Program-made: the position numbers and the translations under genes | Assembly (NCBI RefSeq): GCF_006345805.1 | Contig: NC_043026.1 | Span: 1,302,001-1,366,000, forward strand | Direction: 5' to 3' | Length of the DNA: 64,000 nucleotides | Source: Octopus sinensis | Lineage: Eukaryota | Notes under the pieces: model-generated | The model's database searches: none | Told to the model about the DNA's origin: nothing | Seen by the model: the letters and a program-made list of their open reading frames with translations, nothing else | Shown: positions 39,121 through 52,294 of the stretch, in pieces | Position numbering within the stretch: the stretch's first letter is position 1 | Layout of the letters: the number at the start of each line of letters is the position of its first letter

Positions 39121-40886
39121 GTGACATGTCTGTCTGTGTGAAGCATTTTGCTCCCTTGCCTGGTGATTTGTTTCACTGATCACAGTTGATGGTCTCCAAC
39201 ACTGCCTTCTTTGTCTTTAATTCTGATTCACTTTCTTTAAACTTCATTCATTTATCTATAGCTTTCTATGGATGTTGAACAGCCTGCATCCCTCCTTCAT
39301 TAAGAGCTTAGTTATAACACATGCCTGTATATGTAACCCAGTATTTGCCTGCAATGAAGTAGAGCAGGAAGAAAAGTGGGCCTTTTCAGTTTAGCTACCA
39401 CGTTTCAATTTCTTCATTGTTTTTTCCAACTCATCTCAAGTTTGGTGTATTGATGTAGTTTTGTATGCTAATTATTGACATGAAATTCATTTTTGCCATA
39501 TTCAATAAATAACCAGTTAATAGGTTTTAAAGTTTGCAAATTTTGGGTAATTTTAGCCAATGAAAAGCCATAGACATATAAGTGCCTGTTTTGTAGTAAC
39601 AAGCCAAGTGTTGGAATTCTTGTTTACAAAAAAACCATAGTTGTTTACAAACTGATATTTTATGTTGTGTGTCTTGCTTGCACCCATCTGTTGCTGTTTT
39701 TGGATATTTTTGATATCCACCTCTTGAATGCTTAAAACTACAAAATGTGTCTTTTGGTCACTTTCACTTATTAAAGGCTTAAAACGTACTATCATTGCTG
39801 TCATGCACAAAATGACAGCTTCCAAATCCTGTTTTCTAACTGGATAAAAATGACCAAACTTTGATCTTCTGTAATATTTTTTTAAAAAATTTCTGGAATA
39901 AGTGAATCAGACCTTGATATCCAGCATGAAAAATTATGTCAATACACCAAATTTGGAAATTTTCGCTTAATTTCAAAATTTCAAAGAGCAACCAAACTAA
40001 ATAGGAAGGGTTATGCCCACCTTTGCCTTACTTTCAAGACTGTTCTCATATAATAGACAGTAGGGTATGATTTTGGTTATACTTGCTTCATTCTATATGA
40101 GAGACAGGCTAGAAATCAAACCCAAATCTCAAATCAAACCTGAGACATAAAACAATAAGGGCATTTTTTGTAGGTTTTTGACGAAACAGCTGTAAGACTA
40201 ACTTTTTCTTGATAAATGCACTGAAAATTCCACACAGCCTTCGCTTTGTTCTCTCATTTTATTTAACACACACACACACACACACACATATATCTTATAT
40301 GTATCTTACATATGTACGCATTTAAACACATACATACACAAACACACACACATTCACCTACACACTGAGACATAAAACAACGGCATTTTTTGTGGGAGAT
40401 TTTGCTGCTATTTCTTGCAGATCAAACAGCAACCTTGAATCCTCACTCTTTGCCTCTTGATGCTACTGTTATGGCTGCTAATCCTCCCTCTCTCAACACA
40501 GCAAAGATAATCCGGTGACAGCATTGATTACAGAATATTATAGCAGCATCTAAAGCTGATAAACACAGGTGTGTGTGTGTGTGTGTTATGTCAGTACTGG
40601 TAGTGTGATTGGTGGTGATGGATTATTTGTGAGGAGGAAGATAGGCAGGCAAACATACATACATGGGTATAATGAGGGTGGATAGAGTCAACATTGGCAT
40701 ATAGTTGTGTGTGTGTGTGTTTGTGTATACATATACATACATACATACATATATATGTGTGTGTGTATATATATGTATATATGTCCAAAATAGTCAGAGA
40801 GTAAATTTTAATACTATCATGTTCTTAAGAATGGAATCAACCTCTCTGTCTGTATATCTACCCTCTTTATAATGTTGGCAAACGAA

Positions 40887-41125
40887 ATCATCATCATCAT
40901 CATTTAGCATCCGCTTTCCATGCTGGCATGGGTCGGACGGTTTAACTGGGTCTGGGAAGCCAGAAGGCTGCACCAGGCCCAGTCTGATCCAGCAATGTTT
41001 CTACGGATGGATGCCCTTCCTAACACCAACCACTCCACGGGTGTAGTGGGTGCTTTTTACGTGCCAGACGAGGCTGGCAAACGGCCACGATCGGATGGTG
41101 CATTTTACATGTCACCGGCACGGGA
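40887..41125 (-). mobile_element. RTE 3' UTR fragment
   Basis: Same family as 849-1200. Confidence 0.7.
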
Positions 41126-41450
41126 ATGGAGATAAGAATATGTATTGTCTGTTTGGTGGAAGATTTCTATAAATGGCTGAAGATTGCTCAACATTTTAAA
41201 ACTGATGTAATACTTACAATATTTAATGAAATGAAGTAGTATGAAACGATTGTACCACATTACCTAAGATATACTTGTTGCTTATTTTGATTATAATCAC
41301 CCCATGGATTTATATGGATAATACCATACAAAATTCTGGTGCCTCTGACTTAAGTACCATATTCATCTGAATCTAAATTTTGCTGAACTTATATGTATAT
41401 ATGTATATATATATATATGCATATATGTATATATGTATATATGTATGTAT

Positions 41451-41507
<57 letters not shown>

Positions 41508-41721
41508 GTATGTATGTGTGTGTGTGTGTATATATGTGTGTGTGTGTGTATATATGTGTGTGTGTGTGTATATATGTATGTGTGTGTGTATATATGTCTC
41601 TGTGTGTGTGTATATATGTATGTGTGTGTGTGTGTATGTATGTATGTGTGTGTATATATGTATATATGTGTGTATATATGTGTATATATGTATATATATA
41701 TGTGTGTGTATATATGTATAT

Positions 41722-42045
41722 ATCATCATCATCATTGTTTAACGTCCGCTTTCCATGCTAGCATGGGTTGAATGGTTTGACTGAGAGCTGGCAAACCAGA
41801 TGGCTGCACCAGGCTCCAGTCTTGATCTGGCAAAGTTTCTACAGCTGGATGCCCTTCCTAACGCCAACCACTCCAAGAGTGTAGTGGGTGCTTTTATGTG
41901 CCTCCGGCATGGGGGCCAGTCAAGCGGTACTGGCAACGACCTCGCTTGAATATTTTACACATGCCCCCAGCACAGGTGCCAGTAAGGCGATGCTGGTAGC
42001 AATCACACTCGAATGGTGCTTTTTACATGCCACCAGCACGGAAGC
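41722..42045 (-). mobile_element. RTE 3' UTR fragment
   Basis: Same family as 849-1200. Confidence 0.7.
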
Positions 42046-42046
42046 C

Positions 42047-42870
42047 ATATATACATTTATTCACACACACACACACACACACAGATATATATATATATAA
42101 ATATGACTAGTGACCAAGACCTTTGGAAATATGCTGTGCGTGAGAAGACCCGGCAAGCCAAATGAGACCATAACCTGTGGCCTATGCCAGGAGCGTAACC
42201 AACCCGCTTATGCGTACCTTTTCCTTCTGTGGACACTAAACTCTGCTTGCGAAGACCTGCTGAGGCAAGTGAAATCAAAATTAAAATCAAATTCGATGAC
42301 GGGCACCCGTGCTACTGGGGTGCAAAGAGCACCATAGGAGTGTGATCATTGACAGGGCAGCTTACCGGCTTCCGTACCAGTAGTACATAAAAGGCACCAT
42401 TTGAGTGTGATCATTACCAGCGTCACCTTACTGGTACTTGTGCCCTGTGATCTCTGCTTTTAGTACCCTACTAGCACAGGGCACAAGTACCAGTAAGGTG
42501 ACGCTGGTAATGATCACACTCAAATGGTGCCTTTTATGTACTACTGGTACGGAAGCCGGTAAGCTGCTCTGTCAATGATCACACACCTATGGTGCTCTTT
42601 GCACCCCAGTAGCACGGGTGCCCGTCATCGAATTTGATTTTGATTTTGATTTCACTTGCATCAACAGGTCTTCACAAGCAGAGTTTTAGTGTCCACAGAA
42701 GGAAAAGGTACGCATAAGTGGGCTGGTTACACCCTTGGCATAGGCCACTGGTTATGGTCTCATTTGGCTTGCCAGGTCTTCTCACACACAGCATATTTCC
42801 AAAAGTCTCGGTCACTAGTCATATTTATATATATATATATCTGTGTGTGTGTGAATAAATGTATATATAT
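42047..42870. repeat. ~820-bp palindrome (arms ~400 bp, spacer ~25 bp) made of an RTE 3' fragment plus flanking microsatellite
   Basis: 42047-42450 is the imperfect reverse complement of 42474-42870. Confidence 0.9.
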
Positions 42871-43164
42871 ACACTATTCACACATATATTTACATGCTCA
42901 TATACATGGATACACACACAGTCTATAATTTATAAAAATATGTGTAGATAATTACATTAGTGAAATATGTTCTACCATAGCTAGATTTTTACATCTTATT
43001 TTCACAAGTACCATTAATTTTCAGGTAGTGGCATGGCAATCATAACTGTATATGATATTACCTGGAGGAATATAAAGCTAAAGAAGATAGTCTATAAAAT
43101 ACTCTCTGGACAACAACAAATTTCTAGTGAATGTTATTTTGAGATATATATATTTAATATATAT

Positions 43165-44088
43165 TTAATTATTATTAGTTTATAATTATTATATCTGAAC
43201 GTAAATTTTAAGATATTAGTTAGTCACTCTGCGATCTAGATCGTAAAACTGTTTTTAATAATAGTAATAATAAGTATTTTATAAAGATAGGGTATACGTT
43301 TTTAATTTGGAATTTTTCAATTCTTAATTTGTATTTCATAAATATTTTCTAAAGATATCAATAATATTTATGTAATTAATAATGGACTAATTTATTTTTG
43401 GTTATATGTTTATATGTTTATTGATAGAAAAAAATATAGATTTTTAATTACTATATTTGTTGATTATAATTTAAATACTTATTTTTATGCATTTATTATT
43501 TTATAATTATTATATGCAAACTTAAATCTAAAAATATTAATAGTGATTGTTTTGTTAAATAATTTGGTAATTAAATATAAGAGTATAACTAGGTTAAAGA
43601 TATTCCATAGTTTATTAATGTTTTTTTAAGCCAAATTATATATACACAGATAAATACATATTTCTATCTATTTACTCTATTTTTTTTACCTTAACTATTT
43701 AACATAATATTGTAGGAAACTGATCTTAATGTTTTAAGTTTCAAATTTAGTTAATGGAGTTTCTTCTTTAAGAAATACTATTATTTTATTTATTTTTTTT
43801 ATTTGCTTATTTATTTAACTATTATTGTTAACCTGAAGATTGACTATAATTTTAAATTGAATTCATTTCAATTAAATTTAAATTTAATTGTAATTTGAAT
43901 TTAATTATAGCCATGAAATGTACGTAGTTTTTTACTTATTGTATATTGATTATTCATTTTTATACTTTTTGTGATCTAGTTATATGATTTATAAAAATAT
44001 ATTTTATTTGTTATTTATATTTTGGTTTATGTTTATCATTGTTTGAATTGCATAATAGTGGTTTTATCTGTAATTTATATTTTATATA
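43165..44088 (+). mobile_element. AT-rich HHR-bearing pLTR-like element
   Basis: Reverse complement of 29783-30712. Confidence 0.75.
43830..43929 (+). ncRNA. Type I hammerhead with long AT-rich stem II
   Basis: AAC-CTGAAGA-TTGACTATAATT...AATTATAGCCAT-GAAA-TGTACG-TA-GTT; consensus with the 29941-30034 copy gives palindromic ACGTACGT. Confidence 0.65.
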
Positions 44089-44095
44089 CATCTAT

Positions 44096-44555
44096 ATAGT
44101 TATCGCCAATCTAATATGGCAGTCCAGAAATATAGGACGAATGGTGCCGTTGATTAGATCCAAGAGGCCAGCGCATCTAGCTAGCTATGTGATACACTAA
44201 CCTGTGTGCATTATAACCCTCAAACAGGGGAGGTCAGCCACTTCCCCTTGCTGGTCAGGAATCTGAAGACTAGTTTCAGGGTATTTATCAATGCAGAGCA
44301 GCCAAACCCAGCAGGCGTCACTACTGACCGTCTGTTCGAAGGATTATTTACCTAAATTCAGTGGAATACATATAATGGACACAGGTTCATGTGTAACATA
44401 GCTAGCTAAAGGTGATGGTCTCTTGGAGCTAATCAATGGCAGCATTCATCCTATATTTCTGGACTGCCATATTAGCTTGGCGATAACTATTAATATCCAG
44501 TACTGCTGCTGAAGTCTCCTTTACAGACACTTAGAATTATTAATATTTTTATATA
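44096..44555. mobile_element. Diverged relative of the 362-bp retrozyme unit: inverted part (44096-44372) + direct part (44373-44555)
   Basis: Shares TTCGAAGG-TTATTTACCTA-TTCAGTGGAATAC, GGAGCTAAT and GCCATATTAG...GGC.ATAACTAT blocks; ~100-bp inverted arms. Confidence 0.8.
44263..44296 (-). ncRNA. Degenerate U3:A8 HHR (stem II partly deleted)
   Basis: Minus strand CTGCA-TTGATAA-ATACCCT-GAAA-CTAG-TC-TTCAG. Confidence 0.55.
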
Positions 44556-45289
44556 GTTCTGAAATGTTTTGTTTACGAAAAATACGGTGTCACATGAATT
44601 ATGTACCTTATGACAAATTACACTCTGCATCTAGGTATAATTATATGTATGATTGCACTTACGGATTTATGGACATATGTGAGTGGATCTGTTTGTAAAC
44701 ACTTAGTGTATAGATGGATAGTACCTCTTATGTTATTTATTTATGATTTGGTTGTGTATGTGGGTATGTCTGTGTGTATGTGTGTGTGTGTGTGGGTGTG
44801 TGTGGGTGTGTAAACATATGACTATGTCTGTATGTGCGCACGTTTTGTGGATGTGCGTGCGCGTGTGTATGTTTCCTAGCTAACTAACCGTAAAATATCT
44901 ATTGTAATTCAAATTTAAAAGTATAGGCCAATCGAATGCATCTGTGAAAATTAATACCATGCAAACAGAGGAATTCGACTGATTGCATATATATGCAGAT
45001 ATCCACTTGCCTTGGATGGTACTATGGTGGTGGTATTAACTTTATTGGCTTTTTGTGAAGTGACACATTTTAATATATTGAACTGTTTTATATATATGCC
45101 TGCATTGAGTGTGAGTGTGTCTGTTGTGGTTTCTTGATGTTGGTTGAGGAGCTGTGGAGTTCAATATGGAACATTATTGTGTTTGTTGATGTATATTGAT
45201 CTATATTGTTTATATTGTATTATTGTGTATATGTATATATATGTAAGAATATGAGTATGTATGCACTCATATTTATATTTATATGTAAA

Positions 45290-45781
45290 TTATTTTAGGG
45301 TTTGCATTAGAATCTCCGAAGAGGCCGTAAGATATTCTTGTTAATGTCTCATTTATACCTGCATTATATGGCTAATAGGTTAAATGAGACATACCTATCT
45401 TCATGGCCGAAACAGCTGTCAGCTACAATGTAAATGTATTTTATATCTTGTTATATTTATTTAGTTATATCTCACCATATTGATTGTAATTATTGTACTG
45501 TATTAATGTATAATCCCATTGCTATTGTGTAGTGTTTTAATAAAGTATATGATTCGGTATTATCTGATAGTTGATGAATGATTTAGATATATTTCTCCAT
45601 TTTCTCATTTTGTATTATTAATTTACGGTAAAAATAATTTTACCTTTGCCCACCTAATACAGTAAATGAATTAATTGCATCGCAATTTTTAACATTTATG
45701 TATTAGCTTTGTTGGGTACTTCTCTAGCAGTATATTGGATATAAGTTATCCAATCGAGGGTTGAATTTACAACCCCTATCT

Positions 45782-45786
<5 letters not shown>
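45290..45786 (+). mobile_element. Diverged copy of the 16-kb long-stem-II HHR element (HHR ~45314-45422, U4->C)
   Basis: CCGAAGAGGCC...GGCCGAAACAGCTGTCAG; ends at the same boundary as 16968, before (TA)n. Confidence 0.75.
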
Positions 45787-45824
<38 letters not shown>

Positions 45825-46011
45825 TATACTAAGTAATTAAGGGTTTAGCAACGATTTGTCTCACCACACACCGAATTTAGAAATAGCAGTCAAAAAGTTT
45901 TGGCTATTCTTTCTACTTAAAAGGGAGATCCCAGTAAAACCAAAACACTTAAAAAGCAAACGACGCAGGCAAAAGAGAAAGAAATGACGAAAATCATTCT
46001 ATATTAAGTCA

Positions 46012-46102
46012 CCTACGGACGTACGTTTCGGAATTAAGTCATAACAGAGCATAAAAATTAAATAATTATGTCTTACCTGACTATTTTCCTCCTCAGTGTA
46101 GG
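46012..46102 (-). ncRNA. Type I hammerhead, intact core, extended stem II
   Basis: Minus strand CCTACA-CTGAGGA-GGAA...TTCC-GAAA-CGTACG-TC-CGTAGG. Confidence 0.8.
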
Positions 46103-46858
46103 ACTCATCAATTATAAATAATTGCATCTCAATTATTAATAATTGTTTATTAAATTTGAAGGCACTAGAAGACATCACCTCAACTCATGGTATCAGAGTG
46201 AGACCACCAAATTCAAAGGGTGAATGAAAGTATGTCACCATCCCCCTTCCGCCAGCGTACTGCCAAAATAAGATGCTACAGTTTTTTTACTGGGATGAAA
46301 TACAATTATCAATAATAAAGGGTGAAATTAATTAATTTAGAAATAATCATTAATTTCACCAAGTAGAGTTTGGCATGTAAAAGCCCCATTCAAGGAAGGT
46401 TTAATTAATACTAAGTAATTAAGGGTTTAGCAACGATTTGCCTCACCACACACCGAATTTAGAAATAGCAGTCAAAAAGTTTTGGCTATTCTTTATACTT
46501 AAAAGTTAAAATTCTTAAAATTCTACTTAAAATTCTTTCTACTGCTTTTTAAGTGCTTTGGTTTTACTGGGATCTCCCTTTTAAGTAGAAAGAATAGCCA
46601 AAACTAAATTAATTAATTTCACCCTTTATTATTGATAATTGTATTTCATCCCAGTAAAAAAACTGTAGCATCTTATTTTGGCAGCACGCTGGCGGAAGGG
46701 GGATGGTGACATACTTTCATTCACCCTTTGAATTTGGTGGTACTGGTAATGGCTTACGCTCGCTCTGATACCATGAGTTGAGGTGATGTCTTCTAGTGCC
46801 TTCAAATTTAATACACAGTTATTAATAATTGAGACGCAATTATTTATAATTGATGAGT

Positions 46859-46948
46859 CCTACGCTGAGGAGGAAAATAGTCAGGTAAGACATAATTATT
46901 TAATTTTATGCTCTGTTATGACTTAATTCCAAAACGTACGTCCGTAGG
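46859..46948 (+). ncRNA. Type I hammerhead (G12->A), extended stem II
   Basis: CCTACG-CTGAGGA-GGAA...TTCC-AAAA-CGTACG-TC-CGTAGG; perfect 6-bp stem I. Confidence 0.7.
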
Positions 46949-47292
46949 TGACTTAATATAGAATGATTTTCGTCATTTCTTTCTCTTTTGTCTGCGTCGT
47001 TTGCTTTTTAAGTGTTTTGGTTTTACTGGGATCTCCCTTTTAAGTAGAAAGAATAGCCAAAACTTTTTGACTGCTATTTCTAAATTCGGTGTGTGGTGAG
47101 GCAAATCGTTGCTGAACCCTTAATTAATTAATTAGTATTACTTAAACCTTCCTTGAATGGGTCTTTTACATGCCAAACTCTACTTGGTGAAATTAATGAT
47201 TATTTCTAAATTAATTAATTTCACCCTTTATTATTGATATATATAAGTATAAATATAAATATATATGTATATACATATACATATATATAAAC

Positions 47293-47323
<31 letters not shown>

Positions 47324-47340
47324 AATATATATGTATATAC

Positions 47341-47389
<49 letters not shown>

Positions 47390-47408
47390 TATACGTATAT
47401 ACATATAT

Positions 47409-48873
47409 AACCGAAAAGCTTCAGGTACTGATGGTATTCCACTAGAATTACTCAAGCCAATACCAACAAAAACACTAACATCGCTTTGCCAACGAATATG
47501 GAGAACCTGTAAGTGGCCAAGGGAATGGAAGAGGTCAGTTTTCATCCCAATACCAAAGAAAAGAGACACCAAGGACTGCGCAAACTACCGTACCATCACC
47601 CTGATCCCCATGTAAGCGAAATTCTCCTTAAAATCATCCAGAAGCGCCAGAACAGAACTATTGAGAGAGAACTGCCAGAGGTGCAAGCTGGTTTCAGAAA
47701 GGGAAGAGGCAGCCACGGTCACATCGCCAACCTACGGTGGATTATGGAAAAGGCAAGAGAATACCAAAAGAAGCTGTACATGTGTTTCATTGATCACTCC
47801 AAAGCCTTTGACAGCATTGATCATGACAAGTTATGGAAATGTTTGGAGGAAATGGGAACACCTTTACACCTTGTCCAGCTTATTAGATCACTCTATCAAA
47901 ACCAAGAGGCTACAGTACGGACACCATATGGCGACACTGATTGGTTTGAGATTGGAAAAGGCACTCGGCAAGGTTGCATCCTGTCACCAGCAGCTTTTAA
48001 CATGTACGCTGAAAAGGTGATGAGGAATGCAGGCCTGGAGGATAGCAGCATTGGAGTGAGGATTGGAGGAAGAAATATTAATAACCTTCGCTATGCAGAT
48101 GATACAATCCTGCTGGCGGAGAGTGGTAAGGATCTGGAGGATCTTGTCCTGCTGGTCAAGAAAGAGAGTGAGAAATTCGGGCTGAATCTCAATGTTAAGA
48201 AAACGAAGATCATGTCAACAGCAGCCACAACAAACACCAGCATCAAGATCGATAATGAAGAGATCAAAGTGGTTGATGATTTCATCTTCCTTGGCTCCAA
48301 AATAAATCGAGATGGTAACTGCACTCCAGAAATAAGACGGCAGATAGTACTAGGCAGAGAGGCAATGGTCAGCATGAGCAGGGTCTGGAAGAGTAGAGAC
48401 ATCAGACTCGCTACCAAATGCAGTTTGGTGAATGCAATTGTCTTCCCAATAGCAACATATGGATGCGAGACCTGGATACTAAAGAAAGCTGACCAGAAGA
48501 GAATTAATGCATTCGAGCTTTGGTGTTGGAGAAGACTTTTACGGATTCCATGGACAGCGAGGCTCACCAATGGAGAAGTTCTTAAGCAGATCAGGCCAAA
48601 AATGTCGCTAGAAGCCAGGATCACTAAGCATAGATTGGCATATTTTGGTCATATTATGAGGAGAAAATCCCCGGAGAAGGACATCATGCTCGGAATGGTC
48701 AGTGGCAAGAGAGGAAGAGGCCGACCAAGGACCCGCTGGGTTGACACCATCAAGAGTGATGACGGAATGGACATGGCCAGTCTGAAAGAAGCGGCCAGGA
48801 TATAACTGATTGGAGGACACTGATCCATGGACTAAGCAGGAGTCGACTTCGACTGACCGGATAGATAGATAGA
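47409..48873 (+). pseudogene. RTE-clade LINE, 5'-truncated RT, copy 1
   Basis: QAGFRKGRG, FIDHSKAFDSIDH, GTRQGCILSP, LRYADD, GKRGRGRPRTRW; frameshift near 47610; (GATA)n tail. Confidence 0.92.
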
Positions 48874-48938
48874 TATATACATATATATATATAATATACA
48901 TATATATATATATATATATATAAATATACATATATATA

Positions 48939-48969
<31 letters not shown>

Positions 48970-48992
48970 AATATATACGTATATACATATAT

Positions 48993-50459
48993 AACCGAAA
49001 AGCTTCAGGTACTGATGGTATTCCACTAGAATTACTCAAGCCAATACCAACAAAAACACTAACATCGCTTTGCCAACGAATATGGAGAACCTGTAAGTGG
49101 CCAAGGGAATGGAAGAGGTCAGTTTTCATCCCAATACCAAAGAAAAGAGACACCAAGGACTGCGCAAACTACCGTACCATCACCCTGATCCCCATGTAAG
49201 CGAAATTCTCCTTAAAATCATCCAGAAGCGCCAGAACAGAACTATTGAGAGAGAACTGCCAGAGGTGCAAGCTGGTTTCAGAAAGGGAAGAGGCAGCCAC
49301 GGTCACATCGCCAACCTACGGTGGATTATGGAAAAGGCAAGAGAATACCAAAAGAAGCTGTACATGTGTTTCATTGATCACTCCAAAGCCTTTGACAGCA
49401 TTGATCATGACAAGTTATGGAAATGTTTGGAGGAAATGGGAACACCTTTACACCTTGTCCAGCTTATTAGATCACTCTATCAAAACCAAGAGGCTACAGT
49501 ACGGACACCATATGGCGACACTGATTGGTTTGAGATTGGAAAAGGCACTCGGCAAGGTTGCATCCTGTCACCAGCAGCTTTTAACATGTACGCTGAAAAG
49601 GTGATGAGGAATGCAGGCCTGGAGGATAGCAGCATTGGAGTGAGGATTGGAGGAAGAAATATTAATAACCTTCGCTATGCAGATGATACAATCCTGCTGG
49701 CGGAGAGTGGTAAGGATCTGGAGGATCTTGTCCTGCTGGTCAAGAAAGAGAGTGAGAAATTCGGGCTGAATCTCAATGTTAAGAAAACGAAGATCATGTC
49801 AACAGCAGCCACAACAAACACCAGCATCAAGATCGATAATGAAGAGATCAAAGTGGTTGATGATTTCATCTTCCTTGGCTCCAAAATAAATCGAGATGGT
49901 AACTGCACTCCAGAAATAAGACGGCAGATAGTACTAGGCAGAGAGGCAATGGTCAGCATGAGCAGGGTCTGGAAGAGTAGAGACATCAGACTCGCTACCA
50001 ATGCAGTTTGGTGAATGCAATTGTCTTCCCAATAGCAACATATGGATGCGAGACCTGGATACTAAAGAAAGCTGACCAGAAGAGAATTAATGCATTCGAG
50101 CTTTGGTGTTGGAGAAGACTTTTACGGATTCCATGGACAGCGAGGCTCACCAATGGAGAAGTTCTTAAGCAGATCAGGCCAAAAATGTCGCTAGAAGCCA
50201 GGATCACTAAGCATAGATTGGCATATTTTGGTCATATTATGAGGAGAAAATCCCCGGAGAAGGACATCATGCTCGGAATGGTCAGTGGCAAGAGAGGAAG
50301 AGGCCGACCAAGGACCCGCTGGGTTGACACCATCAAGAGTGATGACGGAATGGACATGGCCAGTCTGAAAGAAGCGGCCCAGGATATAACTGATTGGAGG
50401 ACACTGATCCATGGACTAAGCAGGAGTCGACTTCGACTGACCGGATAGATAGATAGATA
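48993..50459 (+). pseudogene. RTE-clade LINE, copy 2 (1584-bp tandem duplicate)
   Basis: Near-identical to copy 1, including the flanking (TA)n junction. Confidence 0.9.
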
Positions 50460-50534
50460 TATACATATATATATATATATATAAATATGTATACATATAT
50501 ATATATATGTGTGTGTGTGTGTGTACACAGATAC

Positions 50535-50842
50535 ACACACAGACACACAAGTTGAGTTTTATATATATAGATATATATGTGTGTGTGTTTGTGTGTCTGT
50601 ATTTGTCCCCCCAATATCGCTTGACAACCGATGCTGATGTGTTTACGTCCCCGTAATTTAGCGGTTCAGAAAAAAGAAACCGATAAAATAAGTACTAGGC
50701 TCACAAAGAATAAGTCCCGGACACGAGTTGCTCTACTAAAGGTAGTGCTTCAGCATGGCCACAGTCAAATGACTGAAACAAGTAAGAGTAAAAGAATATA
50801 CATACATACATATATATATATATATATGTATGTATACACATA

Positions 50843-50887
<45 letters not shown>

Positions 50888-50894
50888 ACACATA

Positions 50895-50935
<41 letters not shown>

Positions 50936-50945
50936 ACACATATGC

Positions 50946-50983
<38 letters not shown>

Positions 50984-51159
50984 GATATAGATATATCCTA
51001 AATACATCTCCTTCCGTGTATTATATACCACCAAAATATGACCTTTTTGAACTTATAATTTTCTTTGTATATATATATATATATAGATACTTCCAAACAA
51101 ACATGATTTTTAATGAAATCCTAATATTTTTAACGAACTTTTTAATAGTTTCTCAAGAT
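50535..51159 (+). repeat. Direct duplication (partner 52980-53504): SINE 3' half + flank
   Basis: Near-identical apart from microsatellite lengths. Confidence 0.85.
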
Positions 51160-51160
51160 A

Positions 51161-51193
<33 letters not shown>

Positions 51194-51720
51194 TTGTAAA
51201 AAATGAAGTTCGAAAATGCTGCTATATTAGACAAATTTTTTATTTTTATATATACATTATTTATTTAGCATGTTTCGGTTCTTGAAATGATGAACCTTAT
51301 CAAAAAAGATTATATATAAAAAAGAAAGTTCATGCTATCAAATATAAAAAATTCATATATAATATACAATAGAGTCAGACATCAAAAGTTCATATATAGT
51401 GAAGTGAGTTCATGCTATATGTTTAAAGAGTATGATGCAGTGGTTCATAGTGGTGATATGCATTCAATATAACAAATAGTTCATAGTGGTGATGTGCAGT
51501 CAATATAAAAAATTGATGTTCTTGAAAGAGTGAGGAATTCATTTTAGATTTTACCTTGAGCAACTGTGATGACTTTTGGTCGGTCTCCGCTGGACAGTTC
51601 TGGCGAACCTTGTGAATTGTTTGGGTTTTATATCACCTGTTAGGTGGCCAGTACAGCGGAACGTGACGTCATCAACGTTTTGACCAATCGTTTCGTTAGG
51701 TGGCTATATATATATATATA

Positions 51721-51875
51721 TGCGCAGGAGTGGCTGTATGGTAAGTAGCTTGCTTACCAACCACATGGTTCCGGGCTCAGTCCCACTTGGGCATGTGTCC
51801 TCTACTATAGCCTCCAGCCCTCCGAAGCCTTGTGAGTGGATTTGGTAGATGGAAACTGAAAGAAGCACATCATAT
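51721..51875 (+). mobile_element. Major-family SINE 5' half
   Basis: GCGCAGGAGTGGCTGTATGG...GGCTCAGTCCC. Confidence 0.7.
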
Positions 51876-51898
51876 ATATTTATATGTGTATATATATA

Positions 51899-52289
51899 CT
51901 AGCAGTATCGCCCGGTGTTGCTAGGGTTTGTTTCGATCCTTTAGAATTGGAATTTTAGAAAAGTAAAAATTTTGCAATATGTAGCTTGTTATTCTCTTTA
52001 AGTGAACATTTTTCTGGTTGAAATACACTGAAAAATGGCGACACAGCAGTCAGAAAAACGTAAAAAATAGGGATTTAAATAGAAAAAAAAGCACCTTTTT
52101 GATGTAAATAATTTTTGATGTTAACATGGTCTGATTTCAATTTTTTCTTCCACGGAAGGAAGAACAAGCCTTCTTCTATCATACTCTCATTTTCGGTCAA
52201 CTTGCGCCGCAGGGTCTCGGAGGAGATAGTGTTAGTTGAAGGCTACCAAACTTGCCATAGACAGATAACTTCATCTTTATATAGAGAGA
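51899..52289 (-). mobile_element. Non-autonomous Helitron (same termini as 34152-34923)
   Basis: Minus strand starts TCTCTCTATATAAAGATGAAGTT and ends CCCTAGCAACACCGGGCGATACTGCTAG. Confidence 0.75.
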
Positions 52290-52294
52290 TATAT

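Larger units (their letters stand above)
45823..47240. mobile_element. 582-bp HHR-bearing unit present as ~1.2 copies on each strand (rearranged inverted pair)
   Basis: TACTAAGTAATTAAGGG recurs at 45827 and 46409; 46605-47240 is a permuted reverse complement; (TA)n on both sides. Confidence 0.85.
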
